A stretch of DNA of 64,000 nucleotides. It comes from Stylophora pistillata. Its lineage: Eukaryota. The stretch is taken from positions 292,265-356,264 of the forward strand of contig NW_019217919.1 in assembly GCF_002571385.2 (NCBI RefSeq), in the 5' to 3' direction. The position numbers were made by a program, and so were the translations under genes. Below, one piece after another: positions 25,086-44,176 of the stretch. How positions within the stretch are numbered: position 1 is the stretch's first letter; each line of letters opens with the position of its first letter. The notes below the pieces were generated by a model that worked only from the letters and a program-made list of their open reading frames with translations, was not told where the DNA came from and ran no database searches.

Positions 25086-26079
25086 ATTTCTCTCTCTCTC
25101 TCTCTAACCTGAGGTAACCATACGGCTGTGATGAAAATTGTGGGGAAATTGTGTCGTAGGGATTAGCGAGTTTTGTATTCTGAGAAAATATGTTTAACAC
25201 TTCGGTCAAAAATCCCTTTACCTCAGAATTAACATTTAGTCCTCGAGTATGTTCTCTGTCGTCCCGGTGAAGCTTACTGCAATATCCAGTTTTTACAAGA
25301 AACGTTCTGTCGTAAGCTGCTATCCTGTCGTGCTAAGGAGAAAGTGCATTTGAAACGGATATGAAAGAGAAACGTGACACAACGTAACTCAACACAAGAA
25401 AATTTGGTTTGGTTTTATTATCGGCGGTAGACAGTCACCGTAATGAAGCTTTCTAAAGATTACTTTTCAATCGTTAGTCCATCGTCAGAGCAAATGACTA
25501 ACTATAATAACTAAGGCAATTGCAACCTATCTTGGGGTAGGAACAGTCAAGGCAGGTTGGGGTAAAACATTCTGATCTTGAAGCCTTATCGTGCGGATAA
25601 TATTAAGTCCCAAAATGGACAATCATCGGTGACAGTTACTAACACTTCAACAACCTGAGTGGGAGTCATTATCAGAATCAGTTCAAGAGTTGTTTGTCAG
25701 TTGCTTTCTGTACTCATTTAATACCTGGTATTTGAAACGGATTTGCTAAGGAAAGGATGAAGAGTTTTGAACCAGGAATATTTGATCATTTGTCATTACA
25801 CACTGTAAAATAATATGCTGTTATTACACACTCCAAAAAAAATTCTGCTTTAGAATTGAAGATCAATGAACCATAAAGGAATCAAGGCCAGTAAAGTATA
25901 ATACGATCGTTTTCTAAATAAGGAAACTTCTGTAAAACGTCTCACCAGTTTACTATTAAATGACTTAAAAGATCCACAGTTATATATATTTTAGAGCTGA
26001 GCAAAGAGTTTCCAGCAATCTGATTGGTCGAGCGGTTCCTTATAGGACGCTATATAAACCGCTCCACGCGGTTTATATT

Positions 26080-26186
26080 TAACAATTATTCGCCGAAGGT
26101 GAGGTGAATATTGTCGAATAATCCCCTCGACTTCGTCTCGGGGATTATTCGACGATATTCACCTCACCTTTGGCGAATAATTGTTA
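26080..26186. mobile_element. Palindromic MITE
   Basis: taacaattattcgccgaaggtgaggtgaatattgtcgaataatcccc pairs with its near-perfect reverse complement. Confidence 0.85.
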
Positions 26187-27234
26187 GCCAGCACTGTGTA
26201 GAGCGGTATATAACTGATGAGTGCTTAACGCAAGAAACTCAGAGTTGCAGCGAATCATGTGTGTCTCCTTCTAGTCTCTTAATGTTATATATATTTCTTA
26301 ATATATATATATTTCTGTTTTTTGAAAAGTTCTATGAAACTCAACAGGCTTGATTTGTAGTAGTACAGCGTGAAAGGACATCAGGTGCTAACCTTTTTGT
26401 TTGTGTTGAAGTAGTTAAATGGAATATCTGAATGCATATGTCTTGAAAAATTTGTTTTCCAGGCCTTGGAAAGCGCTTCACTGCACTTAGACGTTATTAA
26501 ATGAGAGTCTGAAACACGTTTTTCTCTCTAGGATGAAAATGAAATAAAATCGTTTCGTAATAAGTAAATGATAGTCATACGAAAGGATAAGAAACTCCGT
26601 GTTTTACCCTCATACTCTCTCGCCACTGTTCCTTGGTTTGCTCAGGAGTGTAAGTTTTCAGTCCATAGTTGGACCTCAGACAGCCTTTCGCTCGCGATTC
26701 TTCCATGACACATGCACATGCAAGACTTTGGATAAAAACACAGCGAACTTTAAGCAAACGTCTTGTTGACTGTATTTGTTTGTGACGTTTATAATTGCGT
26801 AGAGCGCGTGCGTTGAAATGTTTTTATCGTCTATCGCCAGAGTGATAGTAGGTAGGACATACACACTCACTGATATTAACGGGAACGAAAACGGCATGTT
26901 GCTCAAGTAATGAAAAACAGAGAAACAGAAGGCATGCTAAAACAAAGAACGAAAGAAGATAAAAATATTTTAAAATGAAGAAATGGCCACATTGTTGTAT
27001 GGTCTAAGTGAAAGCAACTTTCCTCTTACATTCTTAAAATCAGGCAAAAAGGAAAACAAAAAACAGGTTTAAGAATTCTTTTTAAACCACGAAGTCTATT
27101 TCGCTTAATCTCTTTCATTTTAGTGATTTTTACCCGATTACGCACGCATCCAACGAGCCTGACGCGAATGTCCTGGAGATGAGCTTGATATTTAGCGGAA
27201 CTCGGAGGGATTGGTAACTGAGCTAAAATTCAAC

Positions 27235-29619
27235 ATGGCGGCCGAAGGTCCTCAGCAACCAGTGAAGAAAACTTTATCAAAAAATCTCATGGAAATGAAG
27301 GTAAAGCATCCTTACATTCGTCAGAGAATCAGTAAGGCATTTAAAATACTATCCTCCAATCCATAATATTTAGTTCATGAAAAGAAAAGCAGAAACAGAC
27401 TATCGTCGCCAGCTCGAAGAAGAACGACAACGTGCTATCCAAGAATCACACTGGGTGCTAGACGGACAAGAACAGGAAGATAGGTTAGGATTGAGTGATT
27501 GATAGAGAAAAGGGATTTATCATTTAAATTTGTCCTAAGGTTTTAAAGTGCTGTTGTTTTATGCTGAGTCAGCAATGGGTAGTATCCATTGAAACCGTTG
27601 TTTGGCCTAGATCTCGTCACGCAACGTGCTCTCTTCCCCACTAGATAGTGGGTTGACATTCCCGTGTTTTCTTTAAATTAACCTGCGAACTCCTGTGAAT
27701 GATGAAACTTTAACTTCTCCTCTCAATTTCAATACACTAATCAATGATTAGGCGATGAGAATAGCCAAAATTATCAGTGAGGGAGTGCAATTTTGATTTG
27801 TTTTTAATTCTCCAAACTAATTTACGAAGAAATGTATAGCAGCTAGGTGAGAGAAGTACTGAGCCGACCTTGGAAGCCAAAGGTGGCTCTGAGCTGCTGT
27901 CTGTGTCACATTTTACGTGGGCGGCTCATTTAGCTTTGAAGTGCTGGTACAGTAGAGAATCTGCTCATTACTGAGCATGTTATGATCATGTTTTGGTTTT
28001 GGTTACTATAGCGATGGCCTAGTCAGCTCAGAACACCCCTAATGTTTACTTTAATCATTTTGATGTTTCCAGCACTTTTTGATTTTACACTATTTAAATT
28101 TACCATGCGAATTTTTCAACATTTTTAGAAGTTGTGTTGAATTTGAACCAAGTTATGTCATATGTGAGCAACTTTACCGAAATGGAAGGATGTCTTTCAA
28201 AAACTTTAACCCAGCAGTTGAAGTAAGTCTCTTTTATATCTGTAACTTTTTTATCGTCTTTAAAAAAAGTACTCAAGAAGCATAATTTAAGTTTGGTGCC
28301 AAAATATTTAACTTTTTATTTCCTATTTCCTTTGGTATGTTCATTTGAGAAAGATGTAGATGAAACAAGCTGTAAAAAAATTGTTATTGAATTATTGGTG
28401 AATGCCTGGAAGAATGATGTTCCTTATTACATGCTAATTAAAGTTTAGTTGTTATATAAGAAACAGACCTTCACAAATGAAAATAACTTGCTCCTGTTCA
28501 ATTTAATAATTTTGGAGAAAAATGTCTACTGCCTCCCGGTTAGCTCAATTGGTAGAGCGCAGGACTGTTGTGTGGGAGGTCGTGAGTTCAAATCCGGCCA
28601 GACCAACACTCAGGGTCTTTAAATAACTGAGAAGAAAGTGCTGCCTTTGTAATAATATCTGTAAATGGTTAGACTTTCAAGTCTTCTCAGATAGGGACAA
28701 TAAATGGAGGTCCCGTCTCACAACCCCTTGTATGTGTTAAAAAAAAAATTGTGGGACATTAAAGAACCCACACACTGTTTGAAAAGAGTAGGGCACATGG
28801 TGCCCAGTGTTGTGGTCTATCTTTATGTAGTGTCTATCTTTGTGTAGTGTCTATCAAATTGATGGGGGGTACTGCGCCTTTGATTATTGTATAGAAAGGG
28901 TGCAATATAAATAAGGAATTCATTCATTCATTCATTCATTCATTCATTCATTCAATACAGGTAGATAAGATTGGGGCTGGGGTTCTGATTTTTTAATTTT
29001 TTTTTTACAAGATAAAAGACTGTGGAACTCATTTATCTCTGTGCAATTATTTGCAAATTCTGCCAACAGAAAATGTTTAAAGAAATGTTAGCTGAAGAAG
29101 ATCTAGCACAGTCAGAAGCAAGAGAAAGGGAAGAAACTGTCTCTGACGAGGAGATGGCTAAAAGGTAATAAATACCTTAATTGCAATCCTCAAATTTTTT
29201 TATGAGTATCTTGGCAGCCTCTCGATTCAATTTCTCTGACATGCTTGGGAAATAAAAGATCTTAGCCAGCTTGTTTGGATTCTATTATAATCATTGTACT
29301 TGTTTGAAATTAATTATTTGTTTGTAATAGTTGATTTAAGAGGTATGCCTTTATGCCTGTCAAGTAGCTGGAGTAGCTGACAAGTTTACATTGGACCTCA
29401 AAGATGACAGTCACTTACCCCATAAACAATACTGGCTGAATTAAACCATCCATCTTTGTTTCTCTCAACAGATATGAAAGCCTTGTGGGAACAGTTGCTA
29501 AGAAATTCACAACAAAAAGAAAAAGATCATCAGTTGGCTTTACTTTTGAACCTGACAGCCCGTCTTCAAACCAACTGTCAAAGAGAACGAAACATGGTTT
29601 TATGAAACCTAGAGACTGA
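27235..29619 (+). CDS. MPHOSPH6: M-phase phosphoprotein 6 (nuclear exosome cofactor MPP6), 170 aa
   Basis: Exons 27235-27300, 27374-27483, 28129-28222, 29070-29164, 29472-29619. Motifs LSKNLMEMKFMKR, HWVLD, GRMSFKNFNPAVEK, VSDEEMAKRYESLVGTVAKKF and FMKP. Missed by the ORF track because the exons are small. Confidence 0.95.
28532..28953 (+). mobile_element. Full-length tRNA-derived SINE (family B) with (ATTC)n tail
   Basis: Box A TAGCTCAATTGG, box B GAGTTCAAATCC, a conserved core shared with 885-960 and 24693-24795 (both minus strand), and a microsatellite tail at about 28917-28953. Confidence 0.85.
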
Positions 29620-31427
29620 TAACAAATTTCTGTTCACTATTTAGCCTGATTGTTGGACAGTTTCAGTTCCCTTTCTTTAATCTCAGTTACTGTCAATCTG
29701 TCCAATTATCAGTCTAGGTACTAGTATTTTATCTATATATTAAGTTTTTGCAAGCATAATTTAATATTTTAAAAATATATACGCAGAACAGTTTTCATGT
29801 ACTGTGATATTTATTTCTACCTCCTGTACGGTCAATCAGGAATGAATTTTTGTTACATTTGTACTTGAAATTGTCCGACTTAGAACATAATGATAACATT
29901 CTTTGAACTGGGTATACTAATATCAAAATAGTACTAAAATGAAGATAGTAGATTTTTAAATATATTTCCACAATTACAAAAAATTTCAAAAAACTTTCCT
30001 ATCAAAATTAACCTCCAGCCAGTGTTCTCCAGAGATTTTCTTGGTAGCCAGCCAAAGAAAGGGAAGAAAAAACAAGCCTGCCAGGATAAAATGTTTTTCT
30101 GATCAAGACAGGTAGCTGCCACTTCAGAAAGGAACCAGGGAAATTGCTGACCACCAGTGGTTCTGAAGAACACTACTCTGACCAAGACAATGTAAACTGT
30201 GAAGAAACTTGAAACTGTTCAAAAGCCAGAGAACCAAAATTGATAGCTGTTTCTTGATGAAAGGAATCCAAACCAGATTAAGTAACAATTTTAAAATATG
30301 CTAATTATATTCATTTTCCAAGGCCCATTCAAGAATGGAATAATTTGTAGCAATAGATTAAATAAATGTGCCTGGTAAATGCATGGGTTCAGGCATCTGA
30401 ATTGTTAAAATTATTGAAATCCTAATAAAATCCAAACCAATCTGGACAAACTGTTTAATTTCAAAATTCTTAAATATGCAAGGAAAACTAATCAGCTCTG
30501 ACTCATTTGTAAACCGCATACAACATAATGGGAATATTCCACCAACAGAATTGTTAATTAGCTTTTCATTAAAATACACAGTAACAACTATAAAGGATTG
30601 TTACTTTGGGTCTTAAGTTTCAATAAATTAAATGAAACTGTGCTTTTTGTAGCAATAATAATAACTTTCCTGTATTAAGAAAAATATATTTTTCTTAAAT
30701 AGATCTTCCAAACAATTTTGTAAATTATGACTATGTCAAGCTGTTTGCTGTCTTAGAGACAAGTAAAAGCCAAATCTGCTAGGAAATCTTGCAGTGTTTT
30801 TCAAATGCTTGTGTGCATTTGTAACAAACATTGCAATTTGCAAGATCACCTTTTCCACTAATCCTTGGTTTAAATTTCAAGACTTAATTTAAAAGCCCTC
30901 TTTCCACAACTAAATAAAAGACAAATGATCTTAACTTGCTGTTCTCCCACCATCTTGGATTTTTCCAACTTTTGGAAAAAAGAATTTACAGATTTACAAA
31001 ACCACTCCTACAGGGAATTTCACCAAAACTCTTCAATTTTGATTGGATAACTTATCACCTTGACCACCTCAGGGCTAATACCAGAAAAATTCAGGATAGT
31101 AAAAAGTTTAAAAACTCTTGTCATCTCAAATGCTCTTCCACATACACTGTAGGCTTGATGACAGAAAACAAGACCAAGTGTAGCTGTATACATTTGAATG
31201 ATTCGGGGTGAAAATAAGATAAGCAAGACGATGTTGTGTTTTACTTTGTATGAGGACTGTCAAAATAAACAATTATTTGGAATAATGGTAAATCAGTCCA
31301 GATTAAAAAGCAAATCAAACCAGTTTTAAACCATTTTGACTTAAAATTAGTTTGAAACAACAACATAACTATCCACAAGGAAATAAAAAATTCAAATGAT
31401 AGTTCATCCAAAACACCTGAACAATAG

Positions 31428-33655
31428 CTATGGAGTTTGAGCACCTTTGGCAATTTCATTTACTGCAGTTAAAACAGCAGATGCAGATTTTGACCTCTTG
31501 TGGCCTTTTTTAGCTGTTTTATGACCAATAAACTCTTTCTCTTCTAGCTGTGCTTTTAAGTCAAAATCCATTTTAAAATTCTTTTCTTCTGATATTAGTT
31601 GAAATTCTTCTGGTATAGCCACTATGACATGACCATTGGCAAGAACTTCTGGCTCTGTCTCATCACAAGTCCTGTTCAACTCCCTTCGTGCTCTGCGTAT
31701 CACATATGTCATTAAAAGTATACTGATGATGAACTGAACAAACAGGATAATGTATCCTCCAGATTGCTCTTCAACAAGATCTTCCAATGAACGGAATGTA
31801 GATCCCATGTATGAATTTAATGCTTGTGTAGGAAGAAGTCCCAGTGTAGATGCAATTACATATTTAGCTGTACTAACATTAGTTACCTGTAAGAAATCAG
31901 AAAACACAAGTTAATTTCATTATTAAACAGAATTAGATAAGACCCCAGGATTTTTCTTGTTCCCAAAGTATGATCATAATTTCGTAACAAACGAAGACAA
32001 TGATATTTGCAATACTGATGCATTTTGATTGGGAAAAGAAAGCTTTGAAAGTTGAACTCAAACATTTAATTATTGTTTATAAACGAAAAAAGAAAAGTTG
32101 CATAGAAATATCAACTCAAAACTTATCATATCATACAGTACATAGGTTCACATAGGTTTATAAAGGCTTATTACTGGTTCCTAGACATCTTTAAAGGTTA
32201 AAAAAAAATTGTTCATTGGTATTGTTTTTCTACTCTAGAATCATAGTGAAATATAAAATAATTAAAAATCATTCCCTGTTCTCTGGGCTGGACAGGCTTA
32301 AAAATGTCAAATGATGGAATCCTAAAATTCTGTTAGGCTTAATGTAATTTGGCACATCAAAAATGTGCCTTTCACGAAAGGTTAGATCCAGTGCATCAAA
32401 GTCTCAAGTGGGCAAAAACAGTGTCATAGATATGGACTAATAGGGTACCAGTCTCTGATAAGAAGGTCTCAGGATGCTTCCATTAGTCTATATTACATTG
32501 GTTTTGCCCCCTTAAGAGCTTAACTGACGTGACATAACGCTCAACAACTTTGATATATTTGAAAGCTAGTGAAGGTCGGTTAAAAAAAATAAAATGATAT
32601 ATCCCCATTTTAAAACCTTTTAAAATTGCAAATACAGTCTTTGCTTTCTGTTTTATGCACAAAGCAATACTTCACTTAATGTGGTGGTGAAAGGAGGTAA
32701 GTATAAAGTTTACATCAGCGTCAAATAACGCAGACTTTGAAATTGCCAGAAAGAGGTATTTATAATGTTACGAGGAACGCTTCTCAGCCGTACACTCTGA
32801 ATTTATGCCAAGAACACGCGCGATAACTAAAAAGTATAAGTGTAAAACAACCTGGCGATGCCAGCAAAAGGTTACTCAGAGCCCCTCCCACTGTAAAGTC
32901 ATCGACTCCTTCGTAATTCTAGGAGTAGTGTTTGACAATTGTAGTGTATTAGAAACATGTTGACACGAAAAGCAGATGGTCGTCTCAGAAGGTTGAGAAA
33001 GCTCTCAACTCGAAAAGGCTGTTTACTCACCGACGGATAAAAGAGGAAACAAAACCTTGCGGTCGACAATGTGATAGGAAAAATACTGCTTATTATTACT
33101 TACCGAAAACAATCCATTTTGCAGTCCAAACGGTACCGGTGTAAGCCGAGTTAATGCGATGACTTTGAAACCTCGTTTGCCCTCCACGACACGCATGATA
33201 GCTTTTAAACTGTCCGACTCCAATTTTGAGCGTACGAAATCTCGTAAATATCGTCTACAGACAACGAATGCAATGGATAAACCACAGAGTACGGAAAATA
33301 TAACAACGACAAATCCAAGTACAAATCCATACAAATAGCCCGCTGCTACGTTGAGAAAGATGTAACCCCATGCCATTGGAAAAGAAACAACTGTAAACAT
33401 GACTACAAACAACAGAATCCCTTGCCACTCTTCCAAATTCTGTAGCGCTTCCAGTACGTCTTTAATGTATCGGCGACACAGAATAACCAAGATAAGTCCA
33501 ATTATTAGGAAGATTAGAGCTGTACCAGAGATCTGATAGCATCTGGGTTGTGTTCGTTTGCTAACAACTTGGTCAAACTTTGTTGTTTCGCCGAGACACT
33601 TTTGCGCGCTCGACTGAATTTGTTCCGTGCACTTTTGCCCATATTTAAACACCAT
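31428..33655 (-). CDS. TMEM64: Transmembrane protein 64 (DedA/VTT family), 336 aa
   Basis: Exons 33655-33104 and 31886-31428. Motifs [46 protein letters not shown] and GLLPTQALNSYMGST. Confidence 0.95.
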
Positions 33656-34200
33656 TCTTCAATCAACCTAACTTTTCTTCTGTAAGGCCAATGGATAAAT
33701 TGTGAAATTAAGGACGATCAGTACATTATATTGTTGTGTAAGACTGTAAACCACGCCAAAAAGCGTGACTTCCTGTGAAATCAATCCATGGCAATACACT
33801 TCGCTAACGCCCTGAGTCGACTGTGTCCGACTGTGTCCGAATGTCAAAGTATTGAGTAAGCTTTTCTTGTCAGCGGACTCTTCAGCAGTTTGTAACCATG
33901 CCTTTTATCTGTATTAAAGTTTCGGGCATTATTTTGTTCCCTCCTGTTTTGATCCAAGAAGAGGGCTTATATATTGTGTCAGATTGAAACGATATCAACT
34001 TCGCCCATATTATTTTAAGGGATTAAATAGATGTGCCTATTAACCCACTAATACGCTTTCGAAGACGAAAATTATCCCTTAAAAACTAAATCACTGCGAA
34101 GTGCTTAGTAGCCGAGCTTTAGAACTCATCAACAGACTGTCTCCTCTCGAGCAACTTTCACGGTGCATTACCCAGCAGTAATCACAATTTTTCTCACAGG
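33656..34200. promoter_or_regulatory. Probable bidirectional promoter / 5' UTR region for TMEM64 and METTL9
   Basis: Head-to-head genes with a CpG-richer spacer. A plus-strand donor (cagGTATGT at 34200) and acceptor (34569) suggest a non-coding first METTL9 exon. Confidence 0.5.
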
Positions 34201-34613
34201 TATGTTTGAAACTGATAATATTATTCTGGTATAAGGTATCGTTCTTGGGCCCTTGATCAACAGAGACTACAGTGTTTCAGTAACCTTGGACCTTCATGCC
34301 TCATGCATGTAGCTAGCCCTCTGTTTTGTCAGACTTAAGTTGAAAATTTGCCCAGATGAATTTCACCTCATCATTCATCGCATTTCTCAGAGAAAAGATA
34401 AATCTCATATACCACCACTATTTACAATACTACATTATTTGATGTACATTTGTATATGCTATGTTTATGTAACAGTCATGCAAATAATAGATAGAAGCCC
34501 TATACAGCTTGGCCTAGTTGCATGTTACTGATTTTTCTCATCAATGTACTCTTTTGATCAATTGAACAGTATCACTCCTGTCGGTGAGAAAGGAGGCCTA
34601 TGCTCATAAATAT

Positions 34614-41584
<6,971 letters not shown>

Positions 41585-42264
41585 AGCAGCACAAACATGC
41601 CCTTCAAATTGGGAGAAGGGAATAATATTTCCACATAAAATAGCTTTAATGGCCTAGACAGTTTATATGTACAGCTAGAAGAGCATTTACTTCAAACATG
41701 TACATTGTTCTCTGTATAAAGTACATTTTAGCACTTTTATTTACAAAATTACATTTCTTGCCAAATGGTTCTAACAGTAACATTTATGGTTTTAAATTAT
41801 ATTAAATTTGAACAACAAATAGCAACTATTTCAATCAAGGAAATACAATTTGCAGATAGCAGTGTTCTAGCAACAGGCTCTTAGAACATGTTATTTCAAT
41901 TCATAAGTAACTGACCTGAAAGCGAGCATTATAGAGCAGCAAGCCACCAAGGGCCACCCATTTCTTTTTGCTGCAGCATCTATGAGAGTTTGCTCACTGG
42001 GTATAAATCTCACTTGTTCAAAGGATTTTATCCTATTACAACATTTTTATTTTTAGAAACTAATACATGCATTTGAATATTTTAGTGATATGGTTGTTTG
42101 TGAATAAAATGCTCCAAGGGTGGATCTTTCTAATCCAGTTTTATTCAATGCACACATACCTACTACAGTTAAACATTCTTTATAGATTATACTAAGTCAG
42201 ATAGCTAAACGTAGTTATGAATACATTTGAAAGGAGAATAAAATGATTGGATACATGTAGTGTC

Positions 42265-43950
42265 TTACTGTATTTTCAAAACAAGAGCCTGAGCTTTATT
42301 TAGTTTGATGTTATCAAAAAGAATATGTGCTCCCCTTATCTTCATTTCACTGTCAACTTCAACAATTCCTGAACCACTCATGTTATTGAGTGACCCTGTC
42401 CAACTCTCCTGCCCAAAGTTAACTATAATGAGAAACTTGCAGTATTTTGCTGACCTGGTATAAGCAAGAATTGAGGTGTCTACATGAACAATTTTGAATC
42501 CAAGGCATTGTGATAACGACCTTAACCTCAGCAGTTCCCGATACAGCTGTAAAGCTGAAGTTGCATCTGCCATTTGCTCCTCTACATTCACAGTTTTGAA
42601 ATTTTCTGCAACAGGTAACCATGGTTTCATTCCAGTGGTAAAACCTGCATTTTCTTTACTGCACCACTGCATAGGTGATCGTTGAGGATCACGGAAGTCT
42701 TTGCTTGTTTTAAGAGGCACTTCAGCATCTGTCATTCCAATTTCTTCCCCATAATAAGTAACAGCAGTTCCAGGAAGTGTAAGAAGGAGGACGTTCAGTG
42801 AGCGGGAGTACTCATGGCCAACTTTAGTACCAATTCTGGATACATCATGGTTTCCCAATACCCAGTTGGGCCACTTCCCCTTAGGAAGGGCACCAAGGTA
42901 ATCAGAGATCACTTTATACACATCTTGTGCAGTTGAGGATTCATTTAGTCCCAAAAACCCAAAGTTGAAAGGAAAATCAAACTCACTGTATCTTCCACCA
43001 TAATACTTCATAACATCTGGAAGATCTGCCATTATCTCCCCTATGAGTATTCTGTAGGGCAACTTGTACTGATCAAGAAGTGATCTCCATTCCTGAACAA
43101 TTTTGTGATTATCCTCCAAGTTTTTCGTGTAAATGTGTTCCATGTGATCATAGTTGGGCCGTAAGGGGTCATACTCAGGCTTGGTAGGTTCATCCAGAAA
43201 TCTTGAATCCTCAACAAGATGAGGAACTGCATCAACTCTAAATCCATCGACTCCTTTGTTAAGCCAGAACATCAACACTTCCTTTAAAGCTTGGCGCACC
43301 TCAGTGTTTCTGAGGTTCAGATCGGGTTGCTCAGGACAAAACTGGTGCAAATAATACTGTCCTGTTGTAGCATCATAGCTCCATGCACTTCCCCCAAATA
43401 CACTGACCCAGTTATTTGGTACCCCACCCCCTGGGGAGGGGTCACTCCAGACGTACCAGTCTCTTTTGGGACTCTGTCTACTACAGCGACTCTCAAGAAA
43501 CCACGGGTGTTCATCTGAAGTATGGTTAGGTACAAAATCCAGTACAAGTTTCATGTCCCTTATATGAATCGCTTTTAAGAGCTCATCAAAGTCATTCATA
43601 TCCCCAAAGAGGGGATCGATGTCTGTGAAGTCTGAGATGTCATAGCCATTGTCCACCATGGGAGATTTGAATATTGGGCTTAGGTATAAGATTTTGATCC
43701 CCAGGTATTCAAAATAATCAAGCCTGTTCATTATCCCTCGTAAGTCGCCATTTCCATCGCCACTCGAGTCTTGAAAAGATCGAGGATATATATGATAAAT
43801 TACGTTCTCTTTCCACCATTTTCTCCACTCATCCTGTTCTTTCCTCGTTTTATATCCCTTAAATAGAGCAAATATCACTGTGTTAAAGATAACTGCCGCT
43901 AAAAACGCCACAATCAAAGGCCAGACGTCACCTAACCCTTCGACAACCAT
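42265..43950 (-). CDS. GH13 alpha-glucosidase/maltase-like (SLC3A1-related) protein with N-terminal TM, single exon, 561 aa
   Basis: First ATG of the open frame is at 43950. Motifs WWKENVIYHIYPRSFQDS, DNGYDISDF, DFVPNHTSDEHPWF, NNWVSVFGGSAW, QPDLN, GVDGFRVDAV (nucleophile D), IGE (acid/base E), GNHD, YYGEEIGM and RDPQRSPMQW. Confidence 0.95.
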   Translation of the reverse strand: MVVEGLGDVWPLIVAFLAAVIFNTVIFALFKGYKTRKEQDEWRKWWKENVIYHIYPRSFQDSSGDGNGDLRGIMNRLDYFEYLGIKILYLSPIFKSPMVDNGYDISDFTDIDPLFGDMNDFDELLKAIHIRDMKLVLDFVPNHTSDEHPWFLESRCSRQSPKRDWYVWSDPSPGGGVPNNWVSVFGGSAWSYDATTGQYYLHQFCPEQPDLNLRNTEVRQALKEVLMFWLNKGVDGFRVDAVPHLVEDSRFLDEPTKPEYDPLRPNYDHMEHIYTKNLEDNHKIVQEWRSLLDQYKLPYRILIGEIMADLPDVMKYYGGRYSEFDFPFNFGFLGLNESSTAQDVYKVISDYLGALPKGKWPNWVLGNHDVSRIGTKVGHEYSRSLNVLLLTLPGTAVTYYGEEIGMTDAEVPLKTSKDFRDPQRSPMQWCSKENAGFTTGMKPWLPVAENFKTVNVEEQMADATSALQLYRELLRLRSLSQCLGFKIVHVDTSILAYTRSAKYCKFLIIVNFGQESWTGSLNNMSGSGIVEVDSEMKIRGAHILFDNIKLNKAQALVLKIQ

Positions 43951-44176
43951 TTTCAAGAGCTGATTTCTCCCAGGCGATACCAGTGACGGAGGAGGGAACT
44001 GGGACCAAAATGCAGAGGTGCAAATAAGTGGTTCCTTTGCCGACGAATAAACAAGCAGCAACACAAGGCGGTCAAATACGACATTAACACCGGAGAGTCT
44101 CTATGACTTTATCAAAGTCAAGATTTGAGAGAAGAAGTAAAATTGACTGTGTATCTCTTGATTTCAACGCAATACG

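Noticed and set aside
33898-34051. ATG-initiated first coding exon of METTL9
   Set aside because: Both ATG frames (33898 and 34031) stop quickly, so they are at most uORFs.
42265-43950. Bacterial contamination or recent HGT for the intronless GH13
   Set aside because: Base composition matches the neighbours, it is contiguous with spliced animal genes, and animals have this GH13 group. Origin needs a phylogeny.
43951-44064. N-terminal extension in the 599-aa ORF call
   Set aside because: It starts at a non-ATG codon; the first ATG is at 43950.
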